A DNA stretch of 64,000 nucleotides, from assembly GCA_964016885.1 (NCBI GenBank), contig OZ024741.1, forward strand, positions 211,792,001 through 211,856,000, given 5' to 3'. Below, piece by piece: positions 13,398-25,658 of the stretch; within the stretch, counting starts at the first letter, position 1, and each line of letters starts with the position of its first letter. Both the position numbers and the translations under genes were made by a program. Source of the stretch: Eledone cirrhosa (lineage: Eukaryota). The notes beneath the pieces were generated by a model. That model saw only the letters and a program-made list of their open reading frames with translations, ran no database searches and was not told the origin of the DNA.

Positions 13398-16300
13398 TTG
13401 TCATTGTTGTTGATGTTGTCATTGATGTTGATGTTGTTATTGTTGTTGATGTTGTCATTGTTGTTGATGTTGTTATTGTTGTTGATGTTGTTATTGTTGT
13501 TGATGTTGTCATTGTTGTTGATGTTGTTATTATTGTTGATGTTGTTATTGTTGTTGATGTTGTTATTGTTGTTGATGTTGTTATTGTTGTTGATGTTGTT
13601 ATTGTGGTTGATGTTGTTATTGTTGATGTTGTTATTGTTGTTGATGTTGTTATTGTTGTTGATGTTGTCATTGTTGTTGATGTTTTCATTGTTGTTGATG
13701 TTGTTATTGTTGTTGATGTTGTTATTGTTGTTGATGTTGTTATTGTTGTTGATGTTGTCATTGTTGTTGGTGTTTTCATTGTTGTTGATGTTGTTATCGT
13801 TGTTGATGTTGTTATTGTTGATGTTGTTATTGTTGTTGATGTTGTTATTGTTGTTGATGTTGTTATTGTTATTGGTGTTGTCATTGTTGTTGATGTTGTT
13901 ATTGTTGTTGATGTTGTTATTGTTGTTGATGTTGTTATTGTTGTTGATGTTGTTATTGTTGTTGATGTTGTCATTGTTGTTGATGTTGTTATTGTTGTTG
14001 ATGTTGTCATTCTTGTTGATGTTGTCATTGTTGTTGGTGTTGTCATTGTTGTTGATGTTGTTATTGTTTATGATGTTGTTATTGTTGTTGATGTTGTCAT
14101 TGTTGTTGATGTTGTTATTGTTGTTGATGTTGTTATTGTTGTTTGTCATTGTTGTTGATGTTGTCATTGATGTTGATGTTGTTATTGTTGTTGATGTTGT
14201 CATTGTTGTTGATGTTGTTATTGTTGTTGATGTTGTTATTGTTGTTGATGTTGTCATTGTTGTTGATGTTGTTATTATTGTTGATGTTGTTATTGTTGTT
14301 GATGTTGTTATTGTTGTTGATGTTGTTATTGTTGTTGATGTTGTTATTGTGGTTGATGTTGTTATTGTTGATGTTGTTATTGTTGTTGATGTTGTTATTG
14401 TTGTTGATGTTGTCATTGTTGTTGATGTTTTCATTGTTGTTGATGTTGTTATTGTTGTTGATGTTGTTATTGTTGTTGATGTTGTTATCGTTGTTGATGT
14501 TGTTATCGTTGTTGATGTTGTCATTGTTGTTGATGTTGTTATTGTTGTTGATGTTGTTATCGTTGTTGATGTTGTTATTGTTGATGTTGTTATTGTTGTT
14601 GATGTTGTTATTGTTGTTGATGTTGTCATTGTTGTTGATGTTGTCATTGTTGTTGATGTTTTCATTGTTGTTGATGTTGTTATTGTTGTTGATGTTGTTA
14701 TTGTTGTTGATGTTGTTATTGTTGTTGATGTTGTCATTGTTGTTGATGTTGTTATTGTTGTTGATGTTGTTATTGTTGTTGATGTTGTTATTGTTATTGA
14801 TGTTGTTATTGTTGTTGATGTTGTCATTGTTGTTGATGTTGTTATTGTTGTTGATGTTGTTATTGTTGTTGATGTTGTTATTGTTGTTGTCATTGTTGTT
14901 GATGTTGTCATTGTTGTTGGTGTTGTCATCGTTGTTGGTGTTGTCATTGTTGTTGATGTTGTTATTGTTGTTGATGTTGTCATTGTTGTTGATGTTGTTA
15001 TTGTTGTTGATTTTGTTATTGTTGTTGATGTTGTTATTGTTGTTGATGTTGTTATTGTTGTTGATGTTGTAATTGTTGTTGATGTTGTTATTGTTGTTGA
15101 TGTTGTTATTGTTGTTGGTGTTGTAATTGTTGTTGATGTTATTATTGTTGTTGATGTTGTTATTGTTGTTGATGTTGTTATTGTTGTTGATGTTGTTATT
15201 GTTGTTGATGTTGTTATTGTTGTTGATGTTGTTATTGTTGTTGATGTTGTCATTGTTGTTGATGTTGTTATTGTTGTTGATGTTGTCATTCTTGTTGATG
15301 TTGTCATTGTTGTTGGTGTTGTCATTGTTGTTGATGTTGTTATTGTTTATGATGTTGTTATTGTTGTTGATGTTGTCATTGTTGTTGATGTTGTTATTGT
15401 TGTTGATGTTGTTATTGTTGTTTGTCATTGTTGTTGATGTTGTCATTGATGTTGATGTTGTTATTGTTGTTGATGTTGTCATTGTTTTTGATGTTGTTAT
15501 TGTTGTTGATGTTGTTATTGTTGTTGATGTTGTCATTGTTGTTGATGTTGTTATTATTGTTGATGTTGTTATTGTTGTTGATGTTGTTATTGTTGTTGAT
15601 GTTGTTATTGTTGTTGATGTTGTTATTGTGGTTGATGTTGTTATTGTTGATGTTGTTATTGTTGTTGATGTTGTTATTGTTGTTGATGTTGTCATTGTTG
15701 TTGTTGTTTTCATTGTTGTTGATGTTGTTATTGTTGTTGATGTTGTTATTGTTGTTGATGTTGTTATCGTTGTTGATGTTGTCATTGTTGTTGATGTTGT
15801 TATTGTTGTTGATGTTGTTATCGTTGTTGATGTTGTTATTGTTGATGTTGTTATTGTTGTTGATGTTGTTATTGTTGTTGATGTTGTCATTGTTGTTGAT
15901 GTTGTCATTGTTGTTGATGTTTTCATTGTTGTTGATGTTGTTATTGTTGTTGATGTTGTTATTGTTGTAGATGTTGTCATTGTTGTTGGTGTTTTCATTG
16001 TTGTCGATGTTGTTATTGTTGTTGATGTTGTTATTGTTGTTGGTGTTGTCATTGTTGTTGATGTTGTTATTGTTGTTGATGTTGTTATTGTTGTTGATGT
16101 TGTCATTGTTGTTGATGTTGTTATTGTTGTTGGTGTTGTCATTGTTGTTGATGTTGTTATTGTTGTTGATGTTGTCATTGTTGTTGATGTTGTTATTGTT
16201 GTTGATGTTGTTATTGTTGTTGATGTTGTCATCGTTGTTGATGTTGTCATTGTTGTTGATGTTGTTATTGTTGGTGATGTTGTTATTGTTGATGTTGTTA

Positions 16301-16552
16301 TTGTTGTTGATGTTGTCATTGTTGTTGATGTTGTTCTTGTTGTTGATGTTGTCATTGTTGTTGATGTTGTCATTGTTGTTGATGTTGTTATTGTTGTTGA
16401 TGTTGTTATTGTTGTTGGTGTTGTAATTGTTGTTGATGTTATTATTGTTGTTGATGTTGTTATTGTTGTTGATGTTGTTATTGTTGTTGATGTTGTCATT
16501 GTTGTTGATGTTGTTATTGTTGTTGATGTTGTTATTATTGTTGATGTTGTCA

Positions 16553-16586
<34 letters not shown>

Positions 16587-17296
16587 CATTGTTGTTGATG
16601 TTGTTATTGTTGGTGATGTTGTTATTGTTGATGTTGTTATTGTTGTTGATATTGTCATTGTTGTTGATGTGGTTCTTGTTGTTATTGTTGTTGATGTTGT
16701 CATTGTTGTTGATGTTGTTATTGTTGAGGATGTTGTTATTGTTGTTGATGTTATTATCGTTGTTGATGTTGTCATTGTTGTTGATGTTGTCATTGTTGTT
16801 GATGTTTTCATTGTTGTTGATGTTGTTATTGTTGTTGATGTTGTTATTGTTGTTGATGTTGTTATTGTTGTTGGTGTTGTCATTGTTGTTGATGTTGTTA
16901 TTGTTGTTGATGTTGTTATTGTTGTTGATGTTGTTATTGTTGTTGGTGTTGTCATTGTTGTTGATGTTGTTATTGTTGTTGATGTTGTTATTGTTGTTGA
17001 TGTTGTCATCGTTGTTGATGTGGTCATTGTTGTTGATGTTGTCATTGTTGTTGATGTTGTTATTGTTGTTGATGTTGTTATTATTGTTGATGTTGTTATT
17101 GTTGTTGATGTTGTCATTGTTGTTGATGTTGTTATTGTTGTTGATGTTGTTATTGTTGTTGGTGTTGTAATTGTTGTTGATGTTATTATTGTTGTTGATG
17201 TTGTTATTGTTGTTGATGTTGTTATTGTTGTTGATGTTGTCATTGTTGTTGATGTTGTTATTGTTGTTGATGTTGTTATTATTGTTGATGTTGTCA

Positions 17297-17330
<34 letters not shown>

Positions 17331-20300
17331 CATTGTTGTTGATGTTGTTATTGTTGGTGATGTTGTTATTGTTGATGTTGTTATTGTTGTTGATGTTGTC
17401 ATTGTTGTTGAGGTGGTTCTTGTTGTTATTGTTGTTGATGTTGTCATTGTTGTTGATGTTGTTATTGTTGATGATGTTGTTATTGTTGTTGATGTTATTA
17501 TCGTTGTTGATGTTGTCATTGTTGTTGATGTTGTCATTGTTGTTGATGTTTTCATTGTTGTTGATGTTGTTATTGTTGTTGATGTTGTTATTGTTGTTGA
17601 TGTTGTCATTGTTGATGTTGTTATTGTTGTTGATGTTGTTATTGTTGTTGATGTTGTCATTGTTGTTGATGTTGTCATTGTTGTTGATGTTTTCATTGTT
17701 GTTGATGTTGTTATTGTTGTTGATGTTGTTATTGTTGTTGATGTTGTCATTGTTGTTGGTGTTTTCATTGTTGTCGATGTTGTTATTGTTGTTGATGTTG
17801 TCATTGTTGTTGATGTTGTTATTGTTGTTGGTGTTGTCATTGTTGTTGATGTTGTTATTGTTGTTGATGTTGTCATTGTTGTTGATGTTGTTATTGTTGT
17901 TGATGTTGTTATTGTTGTTGATGTTGTCATCGTTGTTGATGTTGTCATTGTTGTTGATGTTGTTATTGTTGGTGATGTTGTTATTGTTGATGTTGTTATT
18001 GTTGTTGATGTTGTCATTGTTGTTGATGTTGTTATTGTTGTTGATGTTGTTATTGTTGTTGATGTTGTTATTGTTATTGATGTTGTTATTGTTGTTGATG
18101 TTGTCATTGTTGTTGATGTTGTTATTGTTGTTGATGTTGTTATTGTTGTTGATGTTGTTATTGTTGTTGTCATTGTTGTTGATGTTGTCATTGTTGTTGG
18201 TGTTGTCATCGTTGTTGGTGTTGTCATTGTTGTTGATGTTGTTATTGTTGTTGATGTTGTCATTGTTGTTGATGTTGTTATTGTTGTTGATTTTGTTATT
18301 GTTGTTGATGTTGTTATTGTTGTTGATGTTGTTATTGTTGTTGATGTTGTAATTGTTGTTGATGTTGTTATTGTTGTTGATGTTGTCATTGTTGTTAATG
18401 TTGTTATTGTTGTTGATGTTGTTATTGTTGTTGGTGTTGTCATTGTTGTTGATGTTGTTATTGTTGTTGATGTTGTTATTGTTGTTGATGTTGTTATTGT
18501 TGTTGATGTTGTTATTGTTGTTGATGTTGTTATTGTTGTTGATGTTGTCATTGTTGTTGATGTTGTTATTGTTGTTGATGTTGTCATTCTTGTTGATGTT
18601 GTCATTGTTGTTGGTGTTGTCATTGTTGTTGATGTTGTTATTGTTTATGATGTTGTTATTGTTGTTGATGTTGTCATTGTTGTTGATGTTGTTATTGTTG
18701 TTGATGTTGTTATTGTTGTTTGTCATTGTTGTTGATGTTGTCATTGATGTTGATGTTGTTATTGTTGTTGATGTTGTCATTGTTGTTGATGTTGTTATTG
18801 TTGTTCATGTTGTTATTGTTGTTGATGTTGTCATTGTTGTTGATGTTGTTATTATTGTTGATGTTGTTATTGTTGTTGATGTTGTTATTGTTGTTGATGT
18901 TGTTATTGTTGTTGATGTTGTTATTGTGGTTGATGTTGTTATTGTTGATGTTGTTATTGTTGTTGATGTTGTTATTGTTGTTGATGTTGTCATTGTTGTT
19001 GATGTTTTCATTGTTGTTGATGTTGTTATTGTTGTTGATGTTGTTATTGTTGTTGATGTTGTTATCGTTGTTGATGTTGTTATCGTTGTTGATGTTGTCA
19101 TTGTTGTTGATGTTGTTATTGTTGTTGATGTTGTTATCGTTGTTGATGTTGTTATTGTTGATGTTGTTATTGTTGTTGATGTTGTTATTGTTGTTGATGT
19201 TGTCATTGTTGTTGATGTTGTCATTGTTGTTGATGTTTTCATTGTTGTTGATGTTGTTATTGTTGTTGATGTTGTTATTGTTGTTGATGTTGTCATTGTT
19301 GTTGGTGTTTTCATTGTTGTCGATGTTGTTATTGTTGTTGATGTTGTTATTGTTGTTGGTGTTGTCATTGTTGTTGATGTTGTTATTGTTGTTGATGTTG
19401 TTATTGTTGTTGATGTTGTCATTGTTGTTGATGTTGTTATTGTTGTTGATGTTGTCATTGTTGTTGATGTTGTTATTGTTGTTGATTTTGTTATTGTTGT
19501 TGATGTTGTTATTGTTGTTGATGTTGTTATTGTTGTTGATGTTGTAATTGTTGTTGATGTTGTTATTGTTGTTGATGTTGTTATTGTTGTTGGTGTTGTA
19601 ATTGTTGTTGATGTTGTTATTGTTGTTGATGTTGTTATTGTTGTTGATGTTGTTATTGTTGTTGATGTTGTTATTGTTGTTGATGTTGTTATTGTTGTTG
19701 ATGTTGTCATTGTTGTTGATGTTGTTATTGTTGTTGATGTTGTCATTCTTGTTGATGTTGTCATTGTTGTTGGTGTTGTCATTGTTGTTGATGTTGTTAT
19801 TGTTTATGATGTTGTTATTGTTGTTGATGTTGTCATTGTTGTTGATGTTGTTATTGTTGTTGATGTTGTTATTGTTGTTTGTCATTGTTGTTGATGTTGT
19901 CATTGATGTTGATGTTGTTATTGTTGTTGATGTTGTCATTGTTGTTGATGTTGTTATTGTTGTTGATGTTGTTATTGTTGTTGATGTTGTCATTGTTGTT
20001 GATGTTGTTATTATTGTTGATGTTGTTATTGTTGTTGATGTTGTTATTGTTGTTGATGTTGTTATTGTTGTTGATGTTGTTATTGTGGTTGATGTTGTTA
20101 TTGTTGATGTTGTTATTGTTGTTGATGTTGTTATTGTTGTTGATGTTGTCATTGTTGTTGATGTTTTCATTGTTGTTGATGTTGTTATTGTTGTTGATGT
20201 TGTTATTGTTGTTGATGTTGTTATCGTTGTTGATGTTGTTATCGTTGTTGATGTTGTCATTGTTGTTGATGTTGTTATTGTTGTTGATGTTGTTATCGTT

Positions 20301-21027
20301 GTTGATGTTGTTATTGTTGATGTTGTTATTGTTGTTGATGTTGTTATTGTTGTTGATGTTGTCATTGTTGTTGATGTTGTCATTGTTGTTGATGTTTTCA
20401 TTGTTGTTGATGTTGTTATTGTTGTTGATGTTGTTATTGTTGTAGATGTTGTCATTGTTGTTGGTGTTTTCATTGTTGTCGATGTTGTTATTGTTGTTGA
20501 TGTTGTTATTGTTGTTGGTGTTGTCATTGTTGTTGATGTTGTTATTGTTGTTGATGTTGTTATTGTTGTTGATGTTGTCATTGTTGTTGATGTTGTTATT
20601 GTTGTTGGTGTTGTCATTGTTGTTGATGTTGTTATTGTTGTTGATGTTGTCATTGTTGTTGATGTTGTTATTGTTGTTGATGTTGCTATTGCTGTTGATG
20701 TTGTCATCGTTGTTGATGTTGTCATTGTTGTTGATGTTGTTATTGTTGGTGATGTTGTTATTGTTGATGTTGTTATTGTTGTTGATGTTGTCATTGTTGT
20801 TGATGTTGTTCTTGTTGTTGATGTTGTCATTGTTGTTGATGTTGTCATTGTTGTTGATGTTGTTATTGTTGTTGATGTTGTTATTGTTGTTGGTGTTGTA
20901 ATTGTTGTTGATGTTATTATTGTTGTTGATGTTGTTATTGTTGTTGATGTTGTTATTGTTGTTGATGTTGTCATTGTTGTTGATGTTGTTATTGTTGTTG
21001 ATGTTGTTATTATTGTTGATGTTGTCA

Positions 21028-21061
<34 letters not shown>

Positions 21062-21429
21062 CATTGTTGTTGATGTTGTTATTGTTGGTGATGTTGTTAT
21101 TGTTGATGTTGTTATTGTTGTTGATGTTGTCATTGTTGTTGATGTGGTTCTTGTTGTTATTGTTGTTGATGTTGTCATTGTTGTTGATGTTGTTATTGTT
21201 GATGATGTTGTTATTGTTGTTGATGTTATTATCGTTGTTGATGTTGTCATTGTTGTTGATGTTGTCATTGTTGTTGATGTTTTCATTGTTGTTGATGTTG
21301 TTATTGTTGTTGATGTTGTTATTGTTGTTGATGTTGTTATTGTTGTTGGTGTTGTCATTGTTGTTGATGTTGTTATTGTTGTTGATGTTGTTATTGTTGT
21401 TGATGTTGTTATTGTTGTTGGTGTTGTCA

Positions 21430-21771
21430 TTGTTGTTGATGTTGTTATTGTTGTTGATGTTGTTATTGTTGTTGATGTTGTCATCGTTGTTGATGTTGTC
21501 ATTGTTGTTGATGTTGTCATTGTTGTTGATGTTGTTATTGTTGTTGATGTTGTTATTATTGTTGATGTTGTTATTGTTGTTGATGTTGTCATTGTTGTTG
21601 ATGTTGTTATTGTTGTTGATGTTGTTATTGTTGTTGGTGTTGTAATTGTTGTTGATGTTATTATTGTTGTTGATGTTGTTATTGTTGTTGATGTTGTTAT
21701 TGTTGTTGATGTTGTCATTGTTGTTGATGTTGTTATTGTTGTTGATGTTGTTATTATTGTTGATGTTGTCA

Positions 21772-21805
<34 letters not shown>

Positions 21806-22818
21806 CATTGTTGTTGATGTTGTTATTGTTGGTGATGTTGTTATTGTTGATGTTGTTATTGTTGTTGATGTTGTCATTGTTGTGGATGTGGTTCTTGTTG
21901 TTATTGTTGTTGATGTTGTCATTGTTGTTGATGTTGTTATTGTTGATGATGTTGTTATTGTTGTTGATGTTATTATCGTTGTTGATGTTGTCATTGTTGT
22001 TGATGTTGTCATTGTTGTTGATGTTTTCATTGTTGTTGATGTTGTTATTGTTGTTGATGTTGTTATTGTTGTTGATGTTGTCATTGTTGATGTTGTTATT
22101 GTTGTTGATGTTGTTATTGTTGTTGATGTTGTCATTGTTGTTGATGTTGTCATTGTTGTTGATGTTTTCATTGTTGTTGATGTTGTTATTGTTGTTGATG
22201 TTGTTATTGTTGTTGATGTTGTCATTGTTGTTGGTGTTTTCATTGTTGTCGATGTTGTTATTGTTGTTGATGTTGTTATTGTTGTTGGTGTTGTCATTGT
22301 TGTTGATGTTGTTATTGTTGTTGATGTTGTTATTGTTGTTGATGTTGTCATTGTTGTTGATGTTGTTATTGTTGTTGGTGTTGTCATTGTTGTTGATGTT
22401 GTTATTGTTGTTGATGTTGTCATTGTTGTTGATGTTGTTATTGTTGTTGATGTTGTCATCGTTGTTGATGTTGTCATTGTTGTTGATGTTGTTATTGTTG
22501 TTGATGTTGTTATTGTTGTTGATGTTGTCATCGTTGTTGATGTTGTCATTGTTGTTGATGTTGTCATTGTTGTTGATGTTGTTATTGTTGTTGATGTTGT
22601 TATTATTGTTGATGTTGTTATTGTTGTTGATGTTGTCATTGTTGTTGATGTTGTTATTGTTGTTGATGTTGTTATTGTTGTTGGTGTTGTAATTGTTGTT
22701 GATGTTATTATTGTTGTTGATGTTGTTATTGTTGTTGATGTTGTTATTGTTGTTGATGTTGTCATTGTTGTTGATGTTGTTATTGTTGTTGATGTTGTTA
22801 TTATTGTTGATGTTGTCA

Positions 22819-22852
<34 letters not shown>

Positions 22853-23500
22853 CATTGTTGTTGATGTTGTTATTGTTGGTGATGTTGTTATTGTTGATGT
22901 TGTTATTGTTGTTGATGTTGTCATTGTTGTGGATGTGGTTCTTGTTGTTATTGTTGTTGATGTTGTCATTGTTGTTGATGTTGTTATTGTTGATGATGTT
23001 GTTATTGTTGTTGATGTTATTATCGTTGTTGATGTTGTCATTGTTGTTGATGTTGTCATTGTTGTTGATGTTTTCATTGTTGTTGATGTTGTTATTGTTG
23101 TTGATGTTGTTATTGTTGTTGATGTTGTCATTGTTGATGTTGTTATTGTTGTTGATGTTGTTATTGTTGTTGATGTTGTCATTGTTGTTGATGTTGTCAT
23201 TGTTGTTGATGTTTTCATTGTTGTTGATGTTGTTATTGTTGTTGATGTTGTTATTGTTGTTGATGTTGTCATTGTTGTTGGTGTTTTCATTGTTGTCGAT
23301 GTTGTTATTGTTGTTGATGTTGTTATTGTTGTTGGTGTTGTCATTGTTGTTGATGTTGTTATTGTTGTTGATGTTGTTATTGTTGTTGATGTTGTCATTG
23401 TTGTTGATGTTGTTATTGTTGTTGGTGTTGTCATTGTTGTTGATGTTGTTATTGTTGTTGATGTTGTCATTGTTGTTGATGTTGTTATTGTTGTTGATGT
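21430..23500. repeat. 1047-bp internal tandem duplication within the 4615-bp HOR unit
   Basis: 4615 - 3568 = 1047. The private GTGGATGTGG variant occurs at about 21884 and 22931, and ORFs start at 21646 and 22693. Ends are approximate. Confidence 0.85.
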
Positions 23501-25624
23501 TGTTATTGTTGTTGATGTTGTCATCGTTGTTGATGTTGTCATTGTTGTTGATGTTGTTATTGTTGGTGATGTTGTTATTGTTGATGTTGTTATTGTTGTT
23601 GATGTTGTCATTGTTGTTGATGTTGTTCTTGTTGTTGATGTTGTCATTGTTGTTGATGTTGTCATTGTTGTTGATGTTGTTATTGTTGTTGATGTTGTTA
23701 TTGTTGTTGGTGTTGTAATTGTTGTTGATGTTATTATTGTTGTTGATGTTGTTATTGTTGTTGATGTTGTTATTGTTGTTGATGTTGTCATTGTTGTTGA
23801 TGTTGTTATTGTTGTTGATGTTGTTATTGTTGTTGATGTTGTTATTGTTATTGATGTTGTTATTGTTGTTGATGTTGTCATTGTTGTTGATGTTGTTATT
23901 GTTGTTGATGTTGTTATTGTTGTTGATGTTGTTATTGTTGTTGTCATTGTTGTTGATGTTGTCATTGTTGTTGGTGTTGTCATCGTTGTTGGTGTTGTCA
24001 TTGTTGTTGATGTTGTTATTGTTGTTGATGTTGTCATTGTTGTTGATGTTGTTATTGTTGTTGATTTTGTTATTGTTGTTGATGTTGTTATTGTTGTTGA
24101 TGTTGTTATTGTTGTTGATGTTGTAATTGTTGTTGATGTTGTTATTGTTGTTGATGTTGTCATTGTTGTTAATGTTGTTATTGTTGTTGATGTTGTTATT
24201 GTTGTTGGTGTTGTCATTGTTGTTGATGTTGTTATTGTTGTTGATGTTGTTATTGTTGTTGATGTTGTTATTGTTGTTGATGTTGTTATTGTTGTTGATG
24301 TTGTTATTGTTGTTGATGTTGTCATTGTTGTTGATGTTGTTATTGTTGTTGATGTTGTCATTCTTGTTGATGTTGTCATTGTTGTTGGTGTTGTCATTGT
24401 TGTTGATGTTGTTATTGTTTATGATGTTGTTATTGTTGTTGATGTTGTCATTGTTGTTGATGTTGTTATTGTTGTTGATGTTGTTATTGTTGTTTGTCAT
24501 TGTTGTTGATGTTGTCATTGATGTTGATGTTGTTATTGTTGTTGATGTTGTCATTGTTGTTGATGTTGTTATTGTTGTTGATGTTGTTATTGTTGTTGAT
24601 GTTGTCATTGTTGTTGATGTTGTTATTATTGTTGATGTTGTTATTGTTGTTGATGTTGTTATTGTTGTTGATGTTGTTATTGTTGTTGATGTTGTTATTG
24701 TGGTTGATGTTGTTATTGTTGATGTTGTTATTGTTGTTGATGTTGTTATTGTTGTTGATGTTGTCATTGTTGTTGATGTTTTCATTGTTGTTGATGTTGT
24801 TATTGTTGTTGATGTTGTTATTGTTGTTGATGTTGTTATTGTTGTTGATGTTGTCATTGTTGTTGGTGTTTTCATTGTTGTTGATGTTGTTATCGTTGTT
24901 GATGTTGTTATTGTTGATGTTGTTATTGTTGTTGATGTTGTTATTGTTGTTGATGTTGTCATTGTTGTTGATGTTGTCATTGTTGTTGATGTTTTCATTG
25001 TTGTTGATGTTGTTATTGTTGTTGATGTTGTTATTGTTGTTGATGTTGTCATTGTTGTTGGTGTTTTCATTGTTGTCGATGTTGTTATTGTTGTTGATGT
25101 TGTTATTGTTGTTGGTGTTGTCATTGTTGTTGATGTTGTTATTGTTGTTGATGTTGTTATTGTTGTTGATGTTGTCATTGTTGTTGATGTTGTTATTGTT
25201 GTTGGTGTTGTCATTGTTGTTGATGTTGTTATTGTTGTTGAAGTTGTCATTGTTGTTGATGTTGTTATTGTTGTTGATGTTGTTATTGTTGTTGATGTTG
25301 TCATCGTTGTTGATGTTGTCATTGTTGTTGATGTTGTTATTGTTGGTGATGTTGTTATTGTTGATGTTGTTATTGTTGTTGATGTTGTCATTGTTGTTGA
25401 TGTTGTTCTTGTTGTTGATGTTGTCATTGTTGTTGATGTTGTCATTGTTGTTGATGTTGTTATTGTTGTTGATGTTGTTATTGTTTTTGGTGTTGTAATT
25501 GTTGTTGATGTTATTATTGTTGTTGATGTTGTTATTGTTGTTGATGTTGTTATTGTTGTTGATGTTGTCATTGTTGTTGATGTTGTTATTGTTGTTGATG
25601 TTGTTATTATTGTTGATGTTGTCA

Positions 25625-25658
<34 letters not shown>

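Larger units (their letters stand above)
3752..24900. repeat. ~10.3 kb second-order super-repeat (3752-14142 versus 14143 to about 24.9 kb)
   Basis: The unit order is repeated (1315/1279, 3568/3298, 1195/1159, 3568/4615, then matching heads at 13398/24494). Private GAG variants at 6389 and 7073 recur at 16726 and 17410 (offset 10337). Confidence 0.82.
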
